Shown piece after piece: positions 1 to 11,900 of a stretch of 64,000 nucleotides of DNA; the first letter of the stretch is position 1, and every line of letters begins with the position of its first letter. The notes beneath the pieces are model-generated. The model was not told where the DNA came from. It saw nothing but the letters and a program-made list of their open reading frames with translations, and ran no database searches. The stretch lies in NCBI GenBank assembly GCA_002633005.1, contig NMRA01000308.1:186001-250000 (forward strand), in the 5' to 3' direction. Position numbers and translations under genes: made by a program. The DNA is from Phoronis australis. Lineage: Eukaryota > Animalia > Phoronida.

Positions 1-728
1 CTAAACGCTCTACAGGATCTTTATTAAATTTAGCAAATGTATTTATATAAAGTTGAGAACAGACGATGACGATTTTCGAACAGATCGGTCTACCGGTGGG
101 CCACCTAGTGGCAATTTTAGTTTTTTACTTTTATCGCTGTATCTTCAAAGGTACTCAACGGATTTCCATAAAATTTGGCACATAGACCTCCATTAGTGAG
201 GTGCGCTAGCCATTCATCGGATTGATTCAAGTTTTTTGCGCCACCTAGTGGCCATTTTTGTTGTTTTTTAGTCTGTTTTGTGGCGTTCGTCCTTCTGTCA
301 ATCAAACCACCAACGATGATTGTGAAAGTTGGCATGTATGTTCTTTCTATGAAGATGACGGTTGCCGATGATTTTCTGATGACTTCGACTACTGTGGCAC
401 CTCCTAGTGGCGTTTTTTTTTTTGTACCCATACCTGTATCTCCTAAGCCCTCTGCAGGATCTTTATTAAATTTAGCTCATGAATTTAGTAAGAGAAGATG
501 ATGACTTTTAGACGGATCCGATGAATACTGTGCCCCCTAGTGGCAATTTCGTTTATTTTGTTTTCCTCTGTTTCTCTGAAGTTCCTTGGCTAATTTTAAT
601 TAAAGTTGGTAAATGGCTTTCTTTTTAAGAAATGATGAAATTTTTTAGTTTTCATGATACAAATAAACAACCCTAAAAGCACACCATTTGCAATGCATTC
701 TTGGGCGCATTTCAACGCATTTCTTGTT
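1..728 (+). mobile_element. HINE/Helentron-like non-autonomous element, 3' part, with ~140-bp tandem monomers
   Basis: Same monomers (CCACCTAGTGG core) and same 3' end (AACCCTAAAAGCACACCATT..TGGGCGCATTTCAACG..CTTGTT) as 37485..38690. Confidence 0.8.
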
Positions 729-729
729 T

Positions 730-1580
730 AAAAAAATGTGCTGAAATTTCAGGGCAAAAACTTGCCGACTGATGCGTCGCTGTCTCGCGATCGTCGATAG
801 GGAAACTTGAATTCTTGAGTAAAAATACAGTTTCAACTCAAATTACCTGAAATCCTCCTTAAGTTTTCCAAATAGCGTCACTAAGACTTTTAAGTTCCTG
901 TGAAGTCGGGATTAACCTCAGATTAAGTCCAAATCTGCGCTAGGTTGCACCCCACAACACGAGAAAAATCTGGACGAACACACATGTTGTCACGTGACGT
1001 TTGGTTTGAAGTTAGTCTGCAGGTGTGTGCTAAGTGAGCGATCGCGTGCGTGTCATCAGAGTTCGTTTGCCAAAGTAGTATATGTAGGCCCTAGCACGCG
1101 TTTCTGGACCACATGCTTATTAACACTGGTCAAGTTTCGTTTCGCGGTTTTTACATACAAAGTAATCTGGATTCCTGTTGAGGGAGAAGATCTGTATAGG
1201 AAAGATACAATACAATCTTGATGACATGTACGTTGCGTCTGTTCTGAAAGGCCTGACCATATTGGGACACATTCCTCGCAAGATCAGCAAAACTTTAGCG
1301 TTCTTTTTGAAGCACTGCAGAAGTTTGAAGTGCACAGTCACAGGTAAATACCGACATAGCGGCGAGGCTCGTGGTTCAGAAATTCTGCGCACAATGATTT
1401 TTCAGGACTGTCTGATCATATTATTGATAAATTGAAGAAATTACTGTAGAATTTTAGAACTGTAGGTAAGACATTTTTCGCATATGTACATGTTCATGGA
1501 CTGGGTGCTTAATTATTTTAACGAAGTGAAAATGAGCGGGGGCGCTTATAAGGGCATGGGCGCTTACTAGGACCAATGTT
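730..1580 (+). mobile_element. Second, truncated copy of the TA-TSD transposon (opposite orientation)
   Basis: Reverse-complement similarity to 31799..32300 and 34200..34540; decayed TIR GGGGGCGCTTATAAGGGCATGGGCGCTTACTAGG. Confidence 0.78.
1136..1400 (+). pseudogene. Frameshifted HIRAN-domain-like remnant inside the transposon
   Basis: Across frames: YKVIWIPVEGEDL..NLDDMYVASV..TILGHIPRKIS..FFLKH..KCTVTGK; pattern recognised by eye only. Confidence 0.6.
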
Positions 1581-2051
1581 ATTATTTATAAATTAATTTT
1601 GGTTAAAATGACAATGAACATTACAGTAGAAATCAGTTCCAAGAAATATGGTATTTCACTCGCTGTGAGCACATGGACCGGTCTTCCGCCTTTCCCCCCT
1701 TTTCTTCATTTCGGACTAGTCCACAAATTCCTTTGTGCACGACCACACACTGATCTTTTGTCTAGACGAATCGCACAGCGGGTGACATCTACTGAATCGG
1801 TAGGAGCGCACTGCGCCGATGTTTTTCACTGCCGCAGCATTGACACGCTGACCAAACTGATAAAAATTGAATTCATGGCAAAAACAGCACATTGGGGAGA
1901 AAATTTGTTCATGTTCACCTGGGAAACGATATAGTGCTTTTGCGGTCTGAAAATTCGCTCGCCACCTGGGTGACTGGCAAGTCAACTTCCACTCACCCAG
2001 CACCATTTTTACTCGCATTGGCGACTGGGCGAGTGGCTAAGTATATCCCTG

Positions 2052-2380
2052 TTCAAGTTATCTATCACCTAGACGTTAGTTGTAAAGCCTTCAAGTCAAC
2101 TATCACCTAGACGTTAGTTGTAAATCCTTCAAGTCAACTATCACCTATACGTTAGCTGTAAAGCCTTCAAGTCAACTATCGCCTAGATGTAAATCCTTCA
2201 AGTCAACTATCACCTATACGTTAGCTGTAAAGCCTTCAAGTCAACTATCGCCTAGACGTAAATCCTTCAAGTCAACTATCACCTATACGTTAGCTGTAAA
2301 GCCTTCAAGTCAACTGTCACCTATACGTTAGCTGTAAAGCCTTCAAGTCAACTGTCACCTAGACGTTAGTTGTAAAGCAT
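2052..2380. repeat. Minisatellite, 38-bp unit (with 31-bp variants)
   Basis: TTCAAGTCAACTATCACCTAGACGTTAGTTGTAAAGCC x~9. Confidence 0.95.
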
Positions 2381-2870
2381 TCACCGAGGCTTTAGCAAGT
2401 TTTGTTGGGAGTTATGAACGGGCTTTTCCCTTTTTTTCAAACTCCTGTCTGTTTACTTCCTGTATAGTTGTAATTTGAGCACATGGTGACCCAACAAAAC
2501 CTGCCAGTTGCCATGTTGATCCCTGCTTACAATATGTATATCCTGTTGGCCTCAGAATGTTATAGACTTTCTGACATGGAAATTCAAACTATAAACCTGA
2601 TCACATGTCTAGTCTGAAAAATATCTGTGCTTTTTTAGTGATCAGTTTAAATTTAGCAAATAAAACTTAACAAAGAAAATGTGTTTAATTTCGGAAGCTA
2701 ACCTTGGAGCAGTGTTTTAAATACTTTTTTAGTATTTCGTTTGCTATTCTTTTTTTACATAACTTGCGTGTTGAATTTGGGCCAGTTTGACTTTGTGACT
2801 ATTGTTACCATGGATATGTTCAAATTACAGGTAGGCCTGGGGCCTTATCACCAAACACATTGTCATCAGT

Positions 2871-2963
2871 ATGCCACGGAACAGGGACAAGGTAGAGTAT
2901 CCTTCAGACTGTAAGGATGTCGATGACAACTTGAGCAAGGATGAACTGGTGCGACGACTTAAG
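2871..2963 (+). CDS. PDS5: PDS5 coding exon 1
   Basis: [34 protein letters not shown]|gtcagt. Confidence 0.92.
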
Positions 2964-5900
2964 GTCAGTAATGCAGTCTGACCTTTCATACTTAAAGCAG
3001 CGCTCGACACAGGCAAAAATGTTCGCTTGAAAATTCGAGTGATGGCATATTTTCCTCCCATTTTCCCAGGTTTGAGCTCGTTAAGTGTATTTCCGGGTTT
3101 GGGCTCCTAAAAGGTGGCGGCCAGAAAAAATGCTGAATGTCCACTGAGTCCCCGAATGAGATGTGAACTAGATCTATATGTTGTATTGTATCAGCTGTAG
3201 GTCATAGTATTAGTATAAAAATGACTTGATAATCCAATTCATATTCAATGTACAAATAGCTTATTACATTTTGCTTTGTTTATAAAGCACAACACCAAAG
3301 AGCGTGGTAATAAACTAGGAAATACTGTCTTTTTAAACTTTTATTGTAAATGTTAGATGTAGATTTACTTATAGCACGAGATCTAATTTTTCTCGTGGAA
3401 GCCTGTTAAGGCAACGACATCTTGTGGAACACTCCATGACAAACCGTTTTGGAGTACATTTATAACATTTGCTGGCCATCTTTCTCAAAGTTTAGCAATT
3501 TGTTCATTTTTAATGAAATTTAAACTTTTTTGTGTTATAAAAGTTTTTAAGACTCATTTTAAATACGTTTGTAGATGACGCAACACTGTCTAACCATTGT
3601 CTATAACTATGAAACTTAATCAAAATTTAAATTAAGTTAGTAACCAAATGTTGGTTATCTGTCTTTGTAACTACACCCTGGGTATTAGCATTGTGACCCA
3701 TTTCACCGTTATTTTTATGACCTGCTGTAGGCTCTGGCCAGGGCATTCCAAGAGATGGGTCAAGATAATAACGACAAGTATGCTCCTCTGGCCCTCCACT
3801 TAGCCTCAGAGTTCTTCATGGACCACCAAAGCAAAGACGTCCGCCTGCTTGTTGCATGCTGCATTGCCGACATATTCAGGATATTTGCACCTGAGGCCCC
3901 TTACAAGGATAACGAACACTTGAAAGTAAGGATGAATGTCAACCATCAGTCTTACTACAGTGTCTAGAACTTCTAGAAGTCTTAAAAGCTTTTTGGTAGT
4001 GTTGATAGGAGTGCAAGGTTTATGTATTAAATGACGTGAATCCTCATTTTACATGTCACTACATTTCATTGTTTGCCTCCAGTCATGACCCGATGGTCGA
4101 ATTTGTTTTAGAGAATGTACGCGACTGCTTATTGATACACTAGATAATTTGTAATTCTTTGAAATTTCATAGTTGTCATATTTCCTAAACACCTCTTAGA
4201 CATATGGTCACTTAGGTGTTTGTGTCTACATTTAAGTGTTTCCATCTGCTGCAATCCTTGAATCGATATAGATGATATGACGTGCTACGTGAAGACAAGA
4301 TAAAGTCATCAATTCGTTCCTAGCTCCTGTCTGTTGTTCGGAATTGTCAAGAATCATACATATCAGTAACCTGCAATCTCTGTGCTAAAATTTGCCTAGT
4401 AAAAATTGTTCAGATAGACGTCTTTTGGATTAAAATCAGTCAAAAATTGTTTCCTTTGTGTGACTTGTTCATTTTGTTGTAGGAGATCTTTCTATTCATT
4501 ACCAAACAGTTGAGAGGACTTGATGACATAGAGGGCGCCTCATTCAAGAGGTACTTCTATCTGTTGGAGGTGAGCTTACTTTTGTTCAAGTTATTCTGTG
4601 TTTGGTATAAAGCCATGTTTTTACATTATTCGGTCTGAACCTATAAGGGTATGTCTTCAGGATTACTGAAATCGAAGGATTTATGTTGATATGTTTACAG
4701 AGGCCAGTTTGCTTGTTACCAAGGTGTGCCCAGCATCAACTTTGGTTCAGACACAAAAATAAGGGTTGTATTATAAAGTAATTAATTGAGCTCTAATGTC
4801 GGTGCTTTTGAATTTGTAGAACTTGGCATGGGTGAAATCATTCAACATTTGTTTGGAGTTGGAAGACAATCAGGAAATTTTCTGTACACTCTTCAAGCTC
4901 ATCTTTGACATTGTTAGGTAAGGTTGGGCGTCTCCAGCAATCTTTTATTTTTGCTGATAAGCGAACTGTTGTAATATTGTAATGTATTGGTTTGTCCAAA
5001 CATTAATTAGAGCCACGTCCTGAGAAAGGCTGTGTTTCTTGACTGCTGTCTCTAGTTGAGTAACTTGAACAGACTAGGTGATATTTTCTCCATTATAAAA
5101 CTTCCGTCAACCATTCAGTAGTAAACCATTATATTTCTTGAGTTAAGCTGGGATTGTTTACTGTGGTTCACTTATAATTGAAGGTTTAGGATTGAAAAGC
5201 TAGTGACAAATAAAGTGTATCCGCTTATAGTCTAAGTGCAAGACGTCTGTTCTTTTGTAATGTAAAATTATGATTTGGGTTTTTCTCACAAGATTAACAC
5301 TGCATAAAATCATGGTAATGGTTTCTACATTGCTTCCATGTGATTGTAAAAGTTGAATTTTGTCCATTATTGGGTTGTCTTTGAAACCTATTTATATTTA
5401 ATCATTCGGTCGTGGATTGCTCTGGTAACTATTAACATTGTTTTCCAAACTGACTTTAGTGATAAACACCAGGGCAAGGTGCGTATATTGCTCTGGTAAC
5501 TATTAACGTTGTTTTCCAATCAAACTGTAGTGATAAACACCAGGGCAAGGTGCGTAACTTCATGTTGGACTTGATGGCTCCGTTAATCAACGAAGGTGAC
5601 ACGGTGTCACAAGAACTTCTGGATATTGTCATGATCAATATCATTGAACCACACAAGGTGAGCACTGTCGTGCTTTATGTTTTCCCTCTCTGGTAATACG
5701 ACGACTGAAGGAACGACAGCTAGCATAGGAACTGTGTCCATTGCAATGCCTTGTCAAAAACTTTCAGTGTCCATTTCTTAGCGATGACTATTGACTGACT
5801 TAGACATTTGTGTTGACACTGTTTTACGTGTTGAAATTTTAAATTAATGTTAGTGTATGCATGTGCTTTGATTGGTCTTCAGCATTGGAAGCGATTAAAA

Positions 5901-8900
5901 CCTATTGTTTGGGGTTTAGGTTTTATAGAACGCATTGGTTTTGATTTTAGCAGCAAATTTTTTAATGCGCTAACTTGTCCTCAGAAACGGATCTAGCTTG
6001 AAGTTTCATAAATGTGTTCATTTCAGTCACAGTTCAAAGAAGCGTACAGTTTGGCTAAGGATCTCATTCGTCGCACTGCTAATGCTATAGAACCTTATAT
6101 ACAAACAGTAAGTGATATACTCCAAGTCTGCTTGAAGTCTTTTCATTCACCGAATTCTCCCCTTGCTAAGTTTTGTAGTGTTGTCTCATGCACAGTGTTC
6201 AGAAAGGCAGGTTTAACAGGCAAATTTGTGTTTGGTTGTGTAATAAACCCTATAGCTGGCTTTGCCTCTGGGCACCAGCTTCAAATACATTAACTGTTTA
6301 TTAGAATGGGCCGGGATGTGTAGTAATCATTTCCTTGTCTACTTCAGCCATTTGAAAACTGTTGTAGATATGGGCTATCCCTCCCCCAATATTTCATGCA
6401 TTCAACAGGTAGTTTACATTGTGTAAAGTACAGAAATGTTACTTAATCTATTGCAGCCTCTCCTGTTTAAAGTATTGTTAACACAAGATGAATATTGACT
6501 CTAAAAGTCTCGGCTTTCATGATGCATTTCCGTTGTCTTCTTACTTCAGTTCTTCAATAATGCCCTGGTGTTGGGCAAGACATCAGACAGTGAAATGTCC
6601 GGCCATATCTACCACCTTATCTATGAACTCAACCAGATCGCACCCACTGTTCTGTTGTCGGTGCTTCCTCAACTGGAGTTCAAACTCAAGGTAACGTCCA
6701 GTCTGTATGTAGTGAAAGAAACCCCATCCAAGAGGGCCCTGAGGGACACTCTATCCAAGAGTGCAGTAACCACTTTCTTCATCTTTAATGAGTATGACTT
6801 CACCAATTCTCACCAATGCTTTCCATGAGGACCCTCAACACATTCACTGTCAGACCACCCCCAAATTTCAATGGCCAGTCCAAGCCTCTGCCTAGTACTC
6901 TCCTCCCTTGTTCAGCTCCAGACTGATCATCATCATTGTCTGTTCTAGTATTTCCTTCTATTGTTGCCCAGTGTAGGTCTAGCACTTCGTGCTTTTGTCT
7001 AGTTCTTAGTATTCTACTGCCTAAGGGTTCTCATGTCTAGTTCTTTATACTCTACTGCCTTAGCGTTCTCGTGTCTAGTTCTTTATACTCTACTGCCTTA
7101 GCGTTCTTGTGTCTAGTTCTTTATGCTCTACTGCCTTAGCGTTCTCATGTCTAGTTCTTTATACTCTACTGCCTAAGCATTCTCATGTCTAGTTCTTTAT
7201 ACTCTACTGCCTTAGTGTTCTCATGTCTAGTTCGTTATACTCTACTGCCTAAGCGTTCTCATGTCTAGTTCTTTATACTCTACTGCCTAAGTGTTCTCAT
7301 GTCTAGTTCTTTATACTCTACTGCCTAAGTGTTCTCATGTCTAGTTCTTTATACTCTACTGCCTAAGCGTTCTCGTGTCTAGTTCTTTATACTCTACTGC
7401 TTTAGCGTTCTCGTGTCTAGTTCTTTATACTCTACTGCCTTAGTGTTCTTATCTCTAGTTCTTTATACTCTACTGCCTAAGCGTTCTCGTTTCTTGAACA
7501 CCAATTCATTCGAGGACACTCAACACATTCTTTTGTGTTCAAGTTATAACTTAAATCCACTTAATTTCTGTACTGCTGTGGAGAATACACTACGTGTTCT
7601 TTGTGTTCTTGTAGTGGAACAGATTTACTCACTTTTACATCATATTATTATAGAGTAATGATGAAAAGGAGCGTCGTTCAGCTACGCGTATTTTGGCCAA
7701 GATGTTCTCACAGCAGGAGTCAGACCTGGCAGTACAGAACCCCACATTATGGATCTCGTATCTGGGAAGGTGTGTGAGAGATGCTACCTCTTGTGCAAAA
7801 ATGTACCTAGTCTTGTCTTTATCAGCAACAAGGTTTTTTCTTTTATCCATCAGGTGGATTTTCTTGGATACATATTTTGTCAAATAAGCAGTGAGATATG
7901 ATAAAATAGACTCTTAAATGTCTCCTGTTGTCATGGTAACAAAACTGTGAGATCTTCATGCATTACTTTAAATTTAAAGTGAATGAAAACTGGCATTCCT
8001 GATGCTCACAGAGATTATGCTGAGCTTGTTTGACAGGATTTTTCTTGATGTTCCCCTAACCTCACTCATGGTGCCCTGTTTCATAATATGTCATTTGTTA
8101 ACTATATCTTAAACTGTCTTTGCTTTATAGTTTAATGCTTCATTTGGCCTTGTTTAGCTACTAAAAAACGAAAATGAAATTGGGCTTTTTACTTTCATAA
8201 TATCAGTTGTAATATTTTATGAGAGTAAACGGCCCAATTTATTTTAGCCAGCTAATCAGGATGAAGTACAGCTTTAATATAACGTTGGTGTTTTGCTGAC
8301 CTTAATCTTTCATTGAAACATGTCGTAAATCTTGGGGAAAAAGTAGAAAAAGATTAATTCAAACAGGTGTAAATCTTAGATCTGACTAAAGTGGCCGTAT
8401 GTAGTGAAATAAACCTCTGAGAAAATGGTTAAAATTGAACTTTAACCTTGCTTGTGTAATTTCTTAATGACTTAACTAAATCTTCAAGGGGATTTTTAAG
8501 GGCCTTGTGTCTCTTGTGTTGTAGGTATAATGACATTGATATGAACGTAAGGACAACATGTGTTCAGTACTCGCAACATTTCTTGGTCAACCACCCCTCC
8601 CTCATCAGAGATATTGTTGGTAGGTTACACTGCTTGTCCTAGGCTTGGTAATGAGCCAGTTGTTTTGTACAGTCAGCACTGTTGCTTTGGCTGGTCATTT
8701 GTGAAATACCAGTGGTGAGATAACTTCCCTTGTCAATGGAAATTATGAAAAACGTTAATGTTCTTGTGCCATATATTGCTAAAAATAATACTTCGACACT
8801 CAATTGTTAGTCTGATTACATGTTAGTACCAGCCATTTGCCCAGTGTTGGAGTCGCTTTATTGCAGGTTTGGAGTGGCTGTGTTATGGGATAACTCGCCA

Positions 8901-11900
8901 AAAATTAGCGTGGTTTTGCATTATGGTATGATTGAGTGTGATGTCAACAACATGTTAGTCTTGGTGAATACACCTGCCCTTAAGTGAATACACCTGCCCT
9001 TAAGTGAGTACACCTGCCCTTAAGTGAGTCAAACGTTGCTAATAGTTACGTACAAGGTTCCACATTTTGAGAACAAGGTTGATACCCATTATTCAGTGGA
9101 GAAATTGGTTCTCAAAATGCTGGTCCCCTGTAGGTAGCTGTTGCCCAATTTGGAATTGTATTTTGCATATAAACAAGTATTGACTTGTGTTTCTCGTAGA
9201 ACACATGCGTCAGAGGTCACATGACAAGGAGGAGAGTGTCCGCCACGAGGTCATTTTAGCCATTGTTAACGCAGCCCGTAAAGATCTGGGGTACGTGAAT
9301 GACGATCTCTTGCTCATTGTGAAGGAGAGGACTCTGGACAAATCGGTAAGTACACCAGAACACTCGCTGATGTGTCATAAAAAGTAAAGAAATTACTGAC
9401 TTTCGTGACGTATCAGTGGTTTTTATTGTGTTAATGTGAACCGTAACTCAACATTTTATAGTTGATTGTAACCATTCTTTATGGCATGTATATGTGAGTT
9501 GTTCATTTACTTTATGGTGTAGTGTTTGCTACATTTGTTAACCAGGCCAAGGTGAGGCGTGAAGCTCTGTTGGGGCTGGGCAATATATACAAACAGTATA
9601 CCATTAAAGAGAATGCTAATCAGTACGACCTGGAGCAGTTGTCATGGATACGCAACAAAGTGATGCATGCCTACTACCAGCAAAGTATTGAGGACAGGTA
9701 GGTCTTGGTACACATTGACATTGATATGGTGCTGCAGTGGGAGATATTACCATCTGTCAAGTGTTTGGGGGTGTGGCTCCTGTCAGTCACTATGGCAGGA
9801 GGTACTCTTGATGATCAGTCTAATGTGGGAGGTACCAGCCTTAGTCACGTACTTCTTTGAATCGTGCACGGCTAAAATTGTAAGAAGTGGAATCTTTCTT
9901 CAAACTTAAAAACATTTTGCACTTGCCTCTGCACAGATCTAAGTACTTGTTTTTATGACACTACAAAATATTTCAAACAAACTTTAAAAAATGAGAAGCA
10001 TGTTATCTGTATTCCAGGCTATACTGTTTGGTTTGTAAGTTTGCACTAAAATATTTTTGTTCAGTAGTTTACACATTGACTTTATTGACAATATCCAACA
10101 CATTGTGTTGCAGGTTGTGTTGAAAGTCACAAAACACATTGTGTTGCAGGTTGTGTTGAAAGTCACAAAACACATTGTGTTGCAGGTTGGTTGTGGAGAG
10201 AATCTTCAACACATGTCTGATACCATATCAACTTGAGCCCAGTGAACGTATGAAGAAAATGTATGAGTTATATGGCTCACTGGATGATCCTGCTGTTAAG
10301 TAAGTTAGTCACCACCTCCACTGGTCATATTGTAGCTTATTCTGTGAAGTAGTTCGGTATTAATCAGCACGTTTGTATAAATGCAAAAACTTGATTGAAA
10401 ACACGACTGAACTTGTTGGTGTACTACTTGATATACACTCTCTCACACGCTCTGTACAATTCTGATCTTTGGTGTGCAGTTGCGAAGCAAATTGCCCACA
10501 GACATTACAAATAAACAATTTAAATAGTAGTTATATTTTGCGATCACATATCTCGACCTCTGGCACTTGGTTAAATGAACATGGTTTAAGAGAAATAAGC
10601 AATGACAGGAAGTAGAATGTCATACTGTTTATTTCACTTCCATTATGTGTTCATTCTACCATGTGTCTAAGGATGAGAGAGTGGTCTCCAAATATTGTTA
10701 TTTTAAGATGTTTGTTGGAAGTGTCTGTTGGCAATTTGCGTTACAATGGAACATAGTGCAGAGAGTATGAGGAGTGTACATCAAGCTGTCCAACAGAAAG
10801 TACATTCGTGATTTCACTTAATAAGTTTTTTAATGATGGACAGCTATCAAACTATGCTGATAAAAACAAGAACAAATGTTTCCACTGTTGTCAAGCTCAA
10901 AAACTTCTTTTTCTATAATTATATATCTTTGTTTCAAGGCGTAAGTTTTATTTGTAACAATGTCATATTTTATTGGGTTGCTGCTATAAACCTACCTTTC
11001 CACAGAGATACTAACTGTTCATCTTGGTCACTCACCACTTTAAAACTGATCAGTTTTGTTCCTTGCTCAGATGAGGAAAGAAAATGAAAAATTGCTTTTG
11101 CTTAAGACCATGCTTGGCACGTGATATGATCCACCATGATATGCTTACATATGATAAGCTAACGTATGGTAAGCTAACATATGGCTAGCTAACTTATGGT
11201 TAGCTAACGTATGGTAAGCTAACGTATGGTAAGCTAACGTATGGTTAGCTAACGTATGGTAAGCTAACGTATGGTAAGCTAACGTATGGTAAGCTAACGT
11301 ATGGTAAGCTAACGTATGGTTAGCTAACGTATGGTTAGCTAACGTATGGTTAGCTAACGTATGGTTAGCTAACGTATGGTAAGCTAACATATGGTTAGCT
11401 AACGTATGGTAAGCTGACATATGGTAAGCTGACGTATGGTTACCTAACGTATGATAAGCTGACGTATGGCAGGCTAACGTATGGCAGGCTAACGTATAAG
11501 CTGACGTATGGCAGGCTAACGTATGGCTGGCTAACGTATGGTTGGCTAACGTATGGTAAGCTAATGTATGGTAAGCTAACGTATGGTTAGCTAACGTATG
11601 GTAAGCTAACCATGCTAACGTATGGTTAGCTAACGTATGGTTAGCTAACGTATGGTAAGCTAACGTATGGTTGGCTAACGTATGGTTGGCTAACGTATGG
11701 TAAGCTAACGTATGGTTAGCTAATGTATGGTAAGCTAACATACTGAGTCTAGTTTCAAGCAATAAGAAGCTGTCAATCCTTCCTGAGACCACAAATCTCT
11801 AAATATAAATAAGGAACAAGTTGAGACCATTTTTTAAAGTAGAAAGTCTTAAAGTTATTCTTAAAACAGAAGGCAGTTTTAAATCATCTTTCAATCAACA

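Noticed and set aside
6998-7490. Regular 28-42 bp repeats here and at 2052, 24951, 29116, 59757 as CRISPR arrays
   Set aside because: Head-to-tail units with no unique spacers, no cas genes, eukaryotic introns
11145-11792. 215-aa ORF with ([10 protein letters not shown])n repeats on -
   Set aside because: Translation of a 15-bp intronic minisatellite that happens to lack stops; no gene context
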